From contig JAUVXR010000001.1 of NCBI GenBank assembly GCA_030603495.1, forward strand, positions 202,474-266,473: 64,000 nucleotides of DNA. Reading direction: 5' to 3'. The notes below the pieces were generated by a model. That model was not told where the DNA came from and ran no database searches. It worked only from the letters and a program-made list of their open reading frames with translations. Source of the stretch: a bacterium. Its GTDB lineage: Bacteria > Armatimonadota > Zipacnadia > Zipacnadales > Zipacnadaceae. Each line of letters opens with the position of its first letter. Within the stretch, counting starts at the first letter, position 1. The position numbers and the translations under genes are program-made. Positions 49,010 to 58,412 of the stretch are shown piece by piece.

Positions 49010-49673
49010 GACGCTGCGGCTGTTCTTTGCTGTGCCTCTGCCGGACGAGCTGCGGACGGCAGCCTGCGAGCTGCAACAGGAGTGCGCCTGCCCAGACGTC
49101 AAGATTGGCTGGACCAGGCCCCAGAATATGCACTTCACGCTGAAGTTCCTGGGGGATATACCCGCGGACCGGGTGGCGAAGCTGGTGGAAGTGGCCGCAG
49201 AAGTCGCTCAGTTGCGCCCGGCCCACCGTGTTACCGTAGGGACGGTGGGCGCGTTTCCCAACAAGCGGCGGCCCCGGGTGATATGGATTGGCTGCACCGA
49301 TGGCGCGGACGAACTCGGGCAGCTGGGTACAGATCTGGACTGGGCGCTGGCACAGGCCAAGCTCAGCCAGCGGGAAAAGCGCGATTTCGTGCCGCATCTG
49401 ACCCTGGGGAGGGTTCGCGGGGGGCGTGACTTCAGCGAGCTCAATACAGCGCTGGACCGGCTGGCCGACCGCACGGTCGGCGAGATGGTAGTGGATCACT
49501 TCACACTGATGCGCAGCGACCTGCAGGCGGGACAGCCGCCAGTGTATACCGAGCTGGGCCGGCTTGAACTGGGTGCAGAGTGCCGAGGCCAGAGCCAACA
49601 AGGGCGGGAAGGCGCAATTTGCCAGAAGGGATGCGATGACAATGGCAGACGAGAAGAGCAGCAAGAAGGATAA
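49002..49673 (+). CDS. thpR: RNA 2',3'-cyclic phosphodiesterase (2H family)
   Basis: RLFFAV, two HxT motifs ([17 protein letters not shown]), FP....PRVIW. The C-terminus runs into recA. Confidence 0.93.
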   Translation: MPETLRLFFAVPLPDELRTAACELQQECACPDVKIGWTRPQNMHFTLKFLGDIPADRVAKLVEVAAEVAQLRPAHRVTVGTVGAFPNKRRPRVIWIGCTDGADELGQLGTDLDWALAQAKLSQREKRDFVPHLTLGRVRGGRDFSELNTALDRLADRTVGEMVVDHFTLMRSDLQAGQPPVYTELGRLELGAECRGQSQQGREGAICQKGCDDNGRREEQQEG

Positions 49674-50697
49674 GGCTCTCGATCTGGCGGTGAGCCAGAT
49701 CCGCAAGCAGTTTGGCGAGGGCGCGGTGATGCGATTGGGTGAAGAGCCCACGGACCTGGCCATTGCTGCCATCCCCACCGGGGCCCTGTCCCTGGACATC
49801 GCCCTGGGTGTGGGCGGGCTACCCTGTGGCCGGACTGTCGAGATATACGGTGCGGAGGGTTCGGGGAAGACCACGCTGGCGCTGCAGGTCGTGGCCGAGG
49901 CCCAGAAGCGGGGCGGGACCGGCGCATTTATTGACGCCGAGCACGCCTTCTCCCGCGAGTATGCCCAGAACCTGGGTGTGGACCTGGACGAACTGCTCGT
50001 CTCGCAACCCGATTTCGGCGAGCAGGCCCTCGAGATATGTGACACGCTCATCCGCAGCGGGGCGCTGGATGTGGTAGTGATAGACTCAGTGGCGGCACTG
50101 GTGCCACGCGCGGAGCTCGAGGGGGAGATGGGCGACGCGCATGTCGGGCTGCAGGCGCGACTGATGAGCCAGGCGCTGCGCAAGATCACCGGGTCGGTGG
50201 CCCAGAGCAACACCCTGGTCATTTTCATCAACCAGATTCGCGAAAAGATCGGGGTGATGTTTGGCAATCCCGAGACCACGCCGGGGGGCCGAGCGCTGAA
50301 ATTCTGGTCTTCGGTGCGCCTGCAACTGAGCCCGCGCGCGGGCATCAAACGGGGCAGTGAATCAATCGGCCGGCGCATCAATGTGCGGGTGGTCAAGAAC
50401 AAGGTCGCCCCGCCATTCAAGCACTGCGAAGTTGACCTGATCTACGGCCAAGGCATATCCCAGGCCGGCTGCATTCTGGACGAGGCCCTGGAGCTCAACT
50501 TGGTGGAGCAGTCAGGAAGCTGGTTCAGCTACAATGACGAGAGTATCGGCCAGGGCCGGGATAATGCCGTGCAATTCTTCGATGAGCACGAAGACATCCG
50601 CACGGCACTGGCGGACAAGATCCGCCAGGCCCACGGTCTAAGCCCGACCACTCCAGAGGCCGCCAGCGAACCAGCGCCCGAGGAGGACCAGCCATAG
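49636..50697 (+). CDS. recA: Recombinase RecA
   Basis: Walker [26 protein letters not shown], signature [41 protein letters not shown]. Confidence 0.98.
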   Translation: MTMADEKSSKKDKALDLAVSQIRKQFGEGAVMRLGEEPTDLAIAAIPTGALSLDIALGVGGLPCGRTVEIYGAEGSGKTTLALQVVAEAQKRGGTGAFIDAEHAFSREYAQNLGVDLDELLVSQPDFGEQALEICDTLIRSGALDVVVIDSVAALVPRAELEGEMGDAHVGLQARLMSQALRKITGSVAQSNTLVIFINQIREKIGVMFGNPETTPGGRALKFWSSVRLQLSPRAGIKRGSESIGRRINVRVVKNKVAPPFKHCEVDLIYGQGISQAGCILDEALELNLVEQSGSWFSYNDESIGQGRDNAVQFFDEHEDIRTALADKIRQAHGLSPTTPEAASEPAPEEDQP

Positions 50698-50731
50698 CAC
50701 AGCGAGCGGCCCGTGAGGGAGCGATTGGGCA

Positions 50732-51376
50732 GTGGACAAGACGCCGCGAATCACTGCGATTAAGCCGCAGAAACGTAACTCGCATCGGTATGCGATATTC
50801 GTCAACGACGAGTTTGCCACCGGCGTAAGCGAGGAGGTGATACTCAAACTACGGCTGCGGCGCGGCGAGCCAGTAACGGCCGAGCGGCTCGCGCAGATCA
50901 TAGCCGTGGAACAGGACAGCCAGGCACGGCGGGCAGCTCTGAACCTGCTTGAGTACCGAGCCCGAACCCGACGCGAACTGGCCCAACGGCTGCGCAAAAA
51001 GGGTCTGCCGGATGAGTCAATTGAGCGCGTCATCGCAGATCTCGAGGCCAGCGGGCTCGTTGATGACGAACAGTTCGCCCAGCAGATGACCAAAAGCCTG
51101 ATCCGCAGCAGGAACCTGAGCCATAGAGCAATATTGAGCAAGCTGCGGCAGGCGGGGGTGGACTCGGATACGGCGCAGGCAGTGGTCGAACAGGAGCTGG
51201 GCGACTACGATGAGCACAGCCGCGCCGAGCAGGCCGCAGCCCAGCAGATGCGGCACCTGAGCCGACTCGACCAGACTACGCAGCGTCGCCGTCTGTACGG
51301 CTACTTGCAGCGCCGCGGGTTCCCGCATTATGTGATCGCTCAGGTTGTCCAACAGTTCCTGGATAATGACCAGTAA
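50732..51376 (+). CDS. recX: Regulatory protein RecX
   Basis: ALNLLEYRART..EL..RL..KG, GLVDDEQFA, YGYLQRRGF; directly after recA. Confidence 0.93.
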   Translation: MDKTPRITAIKPQKRNSHRYAIFVNDEFATGVSEEVILKLRLRRGEPVTAERLAQIIAVEQDSQARRAALNLLEYRARTRRELAQRLRKKGLPDESIERVIADLEASGLVDDEQFAQQMTKSLIRSRNLSHRAILSKLRQAGVDSDTAQAVVEQELGDYDEHSRAEQAAAQQMRHLSRLDQTTQRRRLYGYLQRRGFPHYVIAQVVQQFLDNDQ

Positions 51377-51501
51377 CTAGGCAGAGGAAGTGCGCGGCGG
51401 TCAGGCTGACTGGGTACGTACTGCGACTGTACAGCCGGCAGACTGCTGCAAGCAGCACAGGTAGCACTCGGACCTAATCAACAAGATCGGAGGTGCTCCA
51501 G

Positions 51502-53070
51502 ATGAACCTGGAGACCCTTTCACATATGCTGTACGAAAACACTATGGCAGTGCTCATCACCGGCTTCATAGCCCTGGTTTTGTTCCTGTTTCTCCTGCAG
51601 CGGGTGGTGCGCGTGCGGCAACTGCTCAAGCAGGTCAAAGCGGATGCGGCACAGCAAGTGGCAGAAGCACACAAGCAGCTCGAAACGGAGCGGCGAGCGC
51701 TGGAAGTAGCGGCCAAAGAGCAGATACTCCAGACCCGGCAGAAGATCGAACAGGAGTTGGCAGAGCAGCGCAGCGAGGCAGAAAAGACCAGACGCCGCCT
51801 GGAGCAGCGAGAGGATACTCTCGACAAGCGCCAGGTGGAGTTGGACCAACTCAGCAAGGATATAGCCGCGGGCCAAGAGCAACTCGCCCAGCAGCGGGAG
51901 CAACTCGAGGATGCCATCGGGGAGCAGATCGAAGAACTCGAGCGGATCGGGACGCTAAGCCGCGGCGAGGCGCGCCAGGAACTGCTGCGCCAGGTGAATG
52001 ATGAGCTGCGGCAAGAACGGCTCCAGTTGATCCAGCGTAGTCAGCAGCAGGCTGAGGAACAAGCTGAACGGACTGCCCGTAACACCATCGCTCAGGCGAT
52101 TCAGCGCTGCGCAGTTGACCACACCACCGAAACCACCGTATCGGTGGTACAGTTGACCAATGACGATATGAAAGGACGGATAATCGGGCGCGAAGGCCGC
52201 AACATTCGGCACTTTGAGGAGCTGACCGGAGTTGACCTGATCGTGGATGATACGCCGGAGGCAGTAGTGCTCAGCGCCTTTGACCCGGTGCGGCGGGAGG
52301 TGGCCCGAATTGCGCTGGAGCATCTGATCCAAGACGGGCGAATTCATCCCGGACGCATCGAAGAGATGCTGGAAAAGGCCCGTCAGACGATCGAAGGCCG
52401 CATCCGGGAGGCCGGAGAGGCCACCTCACTGGAAACCGGTGTCACCGGCCTACATCCGGAGATTATTCGGTTGCTGGGCAAACTGCAGTTCCGTACCAGC
52501 TTCGGACAGAACGTCCTGCGCCACTCAGTCGAGGTCTCGCACCTGGCTGGTGCCATGGCCGGAGAAATCGGAGCCCGGGTGCCCCTAGCACGTCGCGCCG
52601 GATTGCTCCACGACCTGGGTAAAGCTGTTGACTTCGAGCGCGAAGGCACCCACGCCCAGATCGGTGCGGAGATCACCCGTACCCACGGCGAACACGAGGA
52701 TGTCGTGCACGCCGTCGCGGCCCACCACGGTGAAGTTGATCTGGAATCAATCGAGGCTGCCCTAGTCCAGGCCGCCGACGCTATTTCTGCCTCGCGCCCG
52801 GGAGCACGCCGCGAGACGCTGGAGAACTACCTCAAACGGCTGGAGAGTCTGGAGAGCATCGGTATGGGGTTCGAGGGTGTGAAGAAGGTCTACGCCATCC
52901 ACGCCGGACGGGAGATTCGCGTCCTGGTCAAGCCCGAGGAGATTGATGACCTGGTGGCCTACGAACTGGCCCGCAATATGGCCAGCCGGATTGAGCAGGA
53001 GATGGACTATCCCGGCGAGATTAGGGTCACGGTCATCCGGGAGACACGGGCTGTTGAGTACGCTAAATAG
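51502..53070 (+). CDS. rny: Ribonuclease Y
   Basis: N-terminal TM helix, coiled coil, KH domain ([13 protein letters not shown]), HD domain (LLHDLGK...[15 protein letters not shown]). ATG 51502 follows GGAGG. Confidence 0.97.
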   Translation: MNLETLSHMLYENTMAVLITGFIALVLFLFLLQRVVRVRQLLKQVKADAAQQVAEAHKQLETERRALEVAAKEQILQTRQKIEQELAEQRSEAEKTRRRLEQREDTLDKRQVELDQLSKDIAAGQEQLAQQREQLEDAIGEQIEELERIGTLSRGEARQELLRQVNDELRQERLQLIQRSQQQAEEQAERTARNTIAQAIQRCAVDHTTETTVSVVQLTNDDMKGRIIGREGRNIRHFEELTGVDLIVDDTPEAVVLSAFDPVRREVARIALEHLIQDGRIHPGRIEEMLEKARQTIEGRIREAGEATSLETGVTGLHPEIIRLLGKLQFRTSFGQNVLRHSVEVSHLAGAMAGEIGARVPLARRAGLLHDLGKAVDFEREGTHAQIGAEITRTHGEHEDVVHAVAAHHGEVDLESIEAALVQAADAISASRPGARRETLENYLKRLESLESIGMGFEGVKKVYAIHAGREIRVLVKPEEIDDLVAYELARNMASRIEQEMDYPGEIRVTVIRETRAVEYAK

Positions 53071-53129
53071 CATAACCATCAGCTATCCGGACGGACAGCG
53101 GGGGGCAATTTCGGCCAGGAGAAGGCAAT

Positions 53130-53936
53130 TTGAACATACTTTTTATCGGTGATGTCGTCGGCCGGGCCGGTCGGCGGACGGTGGCCGAGGCCCTGCCCAC
53201 TCTGACGCAGAAACATAGCGTTGACTTCGTCATCGTCAACGCGGAAAACGCTGCAGGCGGGTACGGGCTGACGCCGCAAACGAGTCTTGAGCTGCTGAGG
53301 GCAGACGTGGACTGTCTGACCTCGGGCAACCACATCTGGGCGCAGCGGGAGGTCTACGAACTCCTGCGACAGGACAGACGCATCCTGCGGCCGGCAAATT
53401 ATCCACCAGACGCGCCGGGCGGCGGTGCCCAGATCTATCGGACCTCCGCAGGGAGCTCAGTGGGGGTGATCAATCTATTAGGGCGCGTCTTCATGGACCC
53501 AGTGGACTGCCCCTTTCGCCGTGCCCAGGAAGAAATTGAACAGATGGCCGGGCACGCCGACCTGATAGTCGTGGATTTCCATGCCGAAGCCACCTCCGAG
53601 AAGCAGGCTATGGGCTACTTCCTCGACGGCCAGGTAAGTGCAGTGGTCGGGACGCACACCCACGTACAGACCAGTGACGAGCGGATATTAGAAGGGGGCA
53701 CAGCGTACATCACCGACTGCGGGATGACCGGGCCCAGCGATACGGTTATCGGCGTGGAGAAGCAGATCGTCGTGGAGACCTTCCTTACCCGCTTGCCACA
53801 GCGCTTTGTGGTGCCCAAAAGCGGGCCTTGTGTAATATCGGGCGTAGTGATACAATGCAACTGCCAAAATGGATTAGCTCAGGCCATAACGAGGATAAGC
53901 CTGTCCTATCCGGACTTGCCAAGTGGCTATACCTGA
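53130..53936 (+). CDS. ymdB: YmdB/TIGR00282 metallophosphoesterase
   Basis: FIGDVVG, NAENAAGG, TSGNHIW, RPANYP, DFHAEATSEK, GTHTHVQT. Confidence 0.95.
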   Translation: MNILFIGDVVGRAGRRTVAEALPTLTQKHSVDFVIVNAENAAGGYGLTPQTSLELLRADVDCLTSGNHIWAQREVYELLRQDRRILRPANYPPDAPGGGAQIYRTSAGSSVGVINLLGRVFMDPVDCPFRRAQEEIEQMAGHADLIVVDFHAEATSEKQAMGYFLDGQVSAVVGTHTHVQTSDERILEGGTAYITDCGMTGPSDTVIGVEKQIVVETFLTRLPQRFVVPKSGPCVISGVVIQCNCQNGLAQAITRISLSYPDLPSGYT

Positions 53937-54102
53937 GGACAACTCATCGAAACCGCCTATTCCCAGCAATCTTTCGCCGAGGTAGTACAGATAATACCGC
54001 TTGCCAGCCCATCGTGAACAGCAATCTTAGTACAAATATCCGCCCTTACCGCCGCCAGTGGGGCAAAACGCAGCGAGAGACAGCGAAAAAGGGGGAGTAG
54101 CG

Positions 54103-54369
54103 GTGACTGTTCTCAGGATAGGGTCCAAGTCCGATCCCAACAAGGTCGCCGGCGCACTGGCCGGTACCATCCGGGAAGAGAACCGTTGCGAGATGCAGAC
54201 GATCGGGGCAGGCGCCCTCAACCAGGCAGTCAAGGCTTTGGCTATCGCGCGCGGCTTCCTAGCTCCTTCTGGGATAGATATAGTCTGCTATCCAGCCTTC
54301 GTAGACGTAGACATTGATGGTAATGAGCGTACAGCTATCAAGCTATTCGTCGAGCCCCGCGAGCGCTGA
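54103..54369 (+). CDS. spoVS: Stage V sporulation protein S family
   Basis: S.PNKVAGALA, IGAGALNQAVKALAIARGF, PAF...IDG.ERTAIKL; RBS GGGGAG. Confidence 0.95.
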   Translation: MTVLRIGSKSDPNKVAGALAGTIREENRCEMQTIGAGALNQAVKALAIARGFLAPSGIDIVCYPAFVDVDIDGNERTAIKLFVEPRER

Positions 54370-54415
54370 GTATGATCGCCCAGCCAACGACCAGCCCGCC
54401 AGCCAATATGACTAT

Positions 54416-54448
54416 GCTCCGGTTTCCCGGGTGGAGACGGGGCTTTTC
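54416..54448 (+). terminator. Rho-independent terminator after spoVS
   Basis: GCTCCGGTTTCC/GGAGACGGGGC stem (one bulge) followed by TTTTC. Confidence 0.6.
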
Positions 54449-54572
54449 GGTTAACGCCCCCAAGAGCAGCACCAAGCGGGCTACCAGCGGCGGGAGCTTG
54501 GCCCGGCCATTGCTGGTACACTAAGGGTCTCAGTCGCTAACGCGCACGCCAAGAACCCCGGAGGGTAAAGCG

Positions 54573-56255
54573 ATGAGAGTAGATATGACCTGGCAGCAGC
54601 GCGCGCCACGGTTCGTCATCTATCTACTGCTGGCCCTGGCTCTGATATTTGTGTACCTGGTATTCATGGCCGGGCAGTTCAAGGGCCTCAGCGATGAAAA
54701 TGCCATGGATTACGGCCAAATCGGCCGGAACCTGGCCCAGGGCGAAGGCTTTACCACCAACTTCATCAAGCCGCTCAGCCTCACGCGGGACCTGAGTTTA
54801 GACCGCCACCCCGACCTTACTTATCCCCCCATCCATCCCTGGCTGATCTCAGTGGTCATGCGCACGATAGGGATGCATGGTCGGGCTGTGGCGATAGCCA
54901 GCGGCATTCCCTTCCTGCTTAGCGTACCGCTCATCTTCATATTCGCGCTCTGGATCTTTGATAGCCGCGTAGCCTGGCTCACAGTGGCCCTGTATGTCAC
55001 CAACGTTGGCATACTTCGCTACAGCATCTCCGGACTCGAGGTCCCCTTGATAGCCCTCTGGGTCACCGGGCTGTTCATGATACTGTACCAGTATGCTCAA
55101 CGTCGCCAGTACCGGCCACCGCTAGCGGCGGCAGCGGGCGTGGTGGTGGCCCTGATCTATCTGACCAAGTATCTGTGGGCTGTCGTGCTCATACCCGTCC
55201 TGATATACCTCTACTACGTTTCTGAGCGTCGCCAACGCGGTCAGGCCCTGCTAATCTTAATGGTCGCCTTCGTCATAGTGATAGCCCCATGGTGCTGCCG
55301 GATGTACAATGTCAGTGGCAACCCCTTCTTTACCTGGCGCTGGTATGAAGCCACCATGGCCACGCGGACCAACCCCGGAATGACCTTGTATCGGTCGTTT
55401 CCTGAGGCGCTCACTCCCCTACTCACTTATGCCCTGCACTACCCAATGGAGATGTACGAGAAATTCCGCACTGGTGTGGGCACCTTGTACGGGGTCTTAC
55501 CGGCAGTTGGCGGGCATTACGTAACAGCCTTTTTCCTTGTCGCTATCCTGGTACCCCTGGGCACCCGGAACTTCGAGAGGCTCAGATACTTGCTGTATGG
55601 GATGTTCGTGCTGGTGTTGCTGGCCTTGGTAGTGGTTATGGCTGCTCCCCGGCTGCTGTACCCTTTCGCGCCGTTCATCACTCTGATTGCCGCCGGATTC
55701 TTCTACCGCATACTCCTGCCCCTCATCCAGAACATGGGAGCTCGCGAGCAGAGGCGCTACACAGCCGTGGCCGTGGGCGCATTGCTGCTGCTGCAAGTCG
55801 CTCCCCTACTGTTAGCCCTGAGTGCCCGCCCGCCCGCGGGGGAACCGGTCCAGCAGCAGGTCAAGACGGCGACGCGCGAGGCCAAGGAGTTGGGCGGCGA
55901 GCCGGTCATCACCGATGTCCCCTGGCTGGTAGCCTGGCACAATGATATGGTCGCCATCTGGCTGCCCAAGACACCCCAGGACCTGATGCGGATCCAGGCC
56001 AAGATCGGCCAAGTCCCCTGGCTGCTGTTGACACCCGCAGTGTCCCGCAACGAAGTCACCGAGCGCACTCAGCCGTGGTCGCAGCTATGGCGGGAGGCGA
56101 TAGTCAGGGATGTACAGCCTTATCATGGGTTCGTCGTCCAGGAACGGTTAAGTGGCGGCTTGTGGGTGCTGTTCCGCAAGATACCGTTGGCTCCTGCCGA
56201 GCCGACACTAACAGAAAGTGCACCAGTGCCTAACTTGCCCGAATCGGAAAGCTGA
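54573..56255 (+). CDS. GT-C fold membrane glycosyltransferase (ArnT/PMT_2-like)
   Basis: First loop carries acidic DENAMDY..IGRNL..GEG and YPP; about 12 TM helices; C-terminal soluble domain. Confidence 0.82.
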   Translation: MRVDMTWQQRAPRFVIYLLLALALIFVYLVFMAGQFKGLSDENAMDYGQIGRNLAQGEGFTTNFIKPLSLTRDLSLDRHPDLTYPPIHPWLISVVMRTIGMHGRAVAIASGIPFLLSVPLIFIFALWIFDSRVAWLTVALYVTNVGILRYSISGLEVPLIALWVTGLFMILYQYAQRRQYRPPLAAAAGVVVALIYLTKYLWAVVLIPVLIYLYYVSERRQRGQALLILMVAFVIVIAPWCCRMYNVSGNPFFTWRWYEATMATRTNPGMTLYRSFPEALTPLLTYALHYPMEMYEKFRTGVGTLYGVLPAVGGHYVTAFFLVAILVPLGTRNFERLRYLLYGMFVLVLLALVVVMAAPRLLYPFAPFITLIAAGFFYRILLPLIQNMGAREQRRYTAVAVGALLLLQVAPLLLALSARPPAGEPVQQQVKTATREAKELGGEPVITDVPWLVAWHNDMVAIWLPKTPQDLMRIQAKIGQVPWLLLTPAVSRNEVTERTQPWSQLWREAIVRDVQPYHGFVVQERLSGGLWVLFRKIPLAPAEPTLTESAPVPNLPESES

Positions 56256-56848
56256 TGGCACAGAGCCCGGAGAGCAATTTGGTCGCGAAATGCTACCGGT
56301 GCGACACGCCCATCACCGAGGGGACCAAGGCCTGTCCCAACTGTGGACGCAACCAGTTTCGCACCTGCTACTGCGGCGCAGATATTCCAGTGACAGCACG
56401 GACCTGCCCCGACTGCGGCGCGGACTGGTCGGGCAGTTACCGGCTCCGGCGCCAAGCCAGGTCTCGGCAACTGGATTGGAAGCGGATGGCAAAGTTTGCG
56501 GTCGCCGGGAGCCTGCTCGCCCTGGTAACCGCTGGCGTGCTCAATGCCATCATCACCGGGCTGGCGCGCCACAGTCTACCCAGCGGCCAAGAAATCCCCG
56601 CCTCCGTCATCCAGAGACTAGGGCTGGCCCTTAACTCGGTTTGGATGACCTTGGAAACCATGGGGCACCGCCTGGCTGAGATAGGCGGCGGGCTGGGTAC
56701 TGTTACGGTGGTGTTGGTGGCCGGTGCCGGGCTTGGCGCCCTGGCGTACCTGGCTCGGGAAGGTTTCTTGCGGCTACGCCGCCAGCACAGACATCCAGTT
56801 AAGCGCAGGCGCAGTTCTCGACAGTCTGGTTCATCGAGCCAGCGATGA
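56255..56848 (+). CDS. Double zinc-ribbon membrane protein
   Basis: CYRC..CPNCG..CYCG..CPDCG, then two TM helices and a basic tail; start and stop overlap both neighbours. Confidence 0.8.
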   Translation: MAQSPESNLVAKCYRCDTPITEGTKACPNCGRNQFRTCYCGADIPVTARTCPDCGADWSGSYRLRRQARSRQLDWKRMAKFAVAGSLLALVTAGVLNAIITGLARHSLPSGQEIPASVIQRLGLALNSVWMTLETMGHRLAEIGGGLGTVTVVLVAGAGLGALAYLAREGFLRLRRQHRHPVKRRRSSRQSGSSSQR

Positions 56849-57732
56849 GCACTCCGGTGATTGAGCGAACCCACCAACCCCGGCGCGAACCGCACGATGG
56901 TGGCACAGTCTCGGTGCCTCAGTTGATCGCGCTAGCCGTAGCGGTGCTACTTGCCTACGGCCACTTCCTCCTCTGGATGGTAGACTGGTGGTGGAGAAGC
57001 CAGTACTATGGCCACGGATTTCTGATCCCGATCATCAGTGGCTACCTGATCTGGCGCCAGCGGGAAAGCCTGCGCAAGCTACCCAGAGAACATTTTAGTC
57101 CGGGGCTGACAATCATCATTGCCTCGTTACTCGTGCACCTGGGTGCCACCCTTGGCGATATTCACTTTCTTTCCGGCTTTGCCCTGGTGGGCACCATATT
57201 TGGTCTGGTCGTATGGATCGGTGGTCGGCAGTGGGGCTGGGCCCTGGCGTTTCCCACAGGCTTCCTCCTGTTTATGGTGCCCCTGGACCGGCTTCTGGTA
57301 GATCAGCTTGCCCAGCCACTGCAGGTGTTCTCCGCACGGATGGCAGGGGGCGTTGTCGCCGCCATCGGCACTGACGTGATTATCGAGGGCACACTCATTC
57401 ACACACCAATCTACACCTTCGAAGTGGCCATACCGTGCAGCGGTCTGAAATCAACCATCGCCATGACGGCGCTGGCGGCGCTGTTCGCATATTTGGTGGT
57501 GGCGCCACCGTGGAAAAGGCTATTCCTGTTTGCCGCTGCCTTCCCCGTGGCGCTGCTGGCTAATGCGGCGCGCATCTTTGCCACCGTAGTCCTGGGCACA
57601 ACGCTCAGCCCAGCACTAGCCGAAGGCTTCTTCCATAGTATCTCCGGAATCCTGGTCTTCCTGTTGGGTCTATCCGGTCTGTTCGGTGTCGGGAGGTTGC
57701 TGGGGTGTCTGCAATTACGCGACGATATGTAG
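56845..57732 (+). CDS. Exosortase/archaeosortase family transpeptidase
   Basis: YYGHGFLIP, LLFMVP, catalytic Cys (VAIPCSGL), Arg (ANAARI) and His (FFH); about 8 TM helices. Confidence 0.92.
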   Translation: MSTPVIERTHQPRREPHDGGTVSVPQLIALAVAVLLAYGHFLLWMVDWWWRSQYYGHGFLIPIISGYLIWRQRESLRKLPREHFSPGLTIIIASLLVHLGATLGDIHFLSGFALVGTIFGLVVWIGGRQWGWALAFPTGFLLFMVPLDRLLVDQLAQPLQVFSARMAGGVVAAIGTDVIIEGTLIHTPIYTFEVAIPCSGLKSTIAMTALAALFAYLVVAPPWKRLFLFAAAFPVALLANAARIFATVVLGTTLSPALAEGFFHSISGILVFLLGLSGLFGVGRLLGCLQLRDDM

Positions 57733-58412
57733 CGGCGCTGGTAGCAATGGTCGTCACTGCCGCCGCGGTCGAGGGCATCCACACGATCAGTGAGGCGCCT
57801 GCCGCCTATGAGCCCCGTTTCGAACAGCTATCCCTGGGGATCGCCGATTACAAGGGCGAGGAACTGGAGGTGGATGAAAGCATCTTCCATTTCCTCGGTG
57901 CAGACGCAATGATCGAACGGCTTTACAGCGGTGCGGACGGTTGGGTGAGTGTGACACTGATCTACGGGGCGCATTGGCGTAACGTGCACTCGCCCACCGG
58001 CTGTTACCCGGCCCAGGGCTGGCTGATCGTCACCGATGAACCTATCGAGGTGCCTGGCCCCGCTAACTCTCCCACCGAAGGCCCCATCCAAGCTCGGCTG
58101 CTGCGAGTGACGAAGAACGAGGAGCAGCGGCTGGCCATGTTCGCCTTCTGCCACCCGGGCGGGACCACCTCAGACTGGACCTGGCAGGCCGTGAAGGTAA
58201 TGTTCGGCCAGCTCTTCACTCAGCGGGGTGCAGGGGGTGTCATCATTATCCTCAACACCGCGCCAACGCCCAGCCCGGCTGCCGGTGCAGAGCGCATGAA
58301 GCAGTTCCTAGCCGAGATCTACCCCTATGCGGTCGGGTTCTGGTATGAAGAACCGGCCACCGGACGGTCAGAAGTCAGGCATGACCCGGTCCTGAGCACG
58401 ATGGAACACTGA
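57705..58412 (+). CDS. epsI: EpsI-family exosortase-associated protein
   Basis: N-terminal anchor, ERLY, HSPTGCYPAQGW motif; overlaps the exosortase stop. Confidence 0.85.
   Translation: MSAITRRYVAALVAMVVTAAAVEGIHTISEAPAAYEPRFEQLSLGIADYKGEELEVDESIFHFLGADAMIERLYSGADGWVSVTLIYGAHWRNVHSPTGCYPAQGWLIVTDEPIEVPGPANSPTEGPIQARLLRVTKNEEQRLAMFAFCHPGGTTSDWTWQAVKVMFGQLFTQRGAGGVIIILNTAPTPSPAAGAERMKQFLAEIYPYAVGFWYEEPATGRSEVRHDPVLSTMEH

Noticed and set aside
54087-54103. AAAGGGGGAGTAGC resembling the 5' end of a yybP-ykoY (Mn) riboswitch
   Set aside because: It is simply the spoVS ribosome-binding site; the rest of the aptamer is absent and coding sequence follows immediately.
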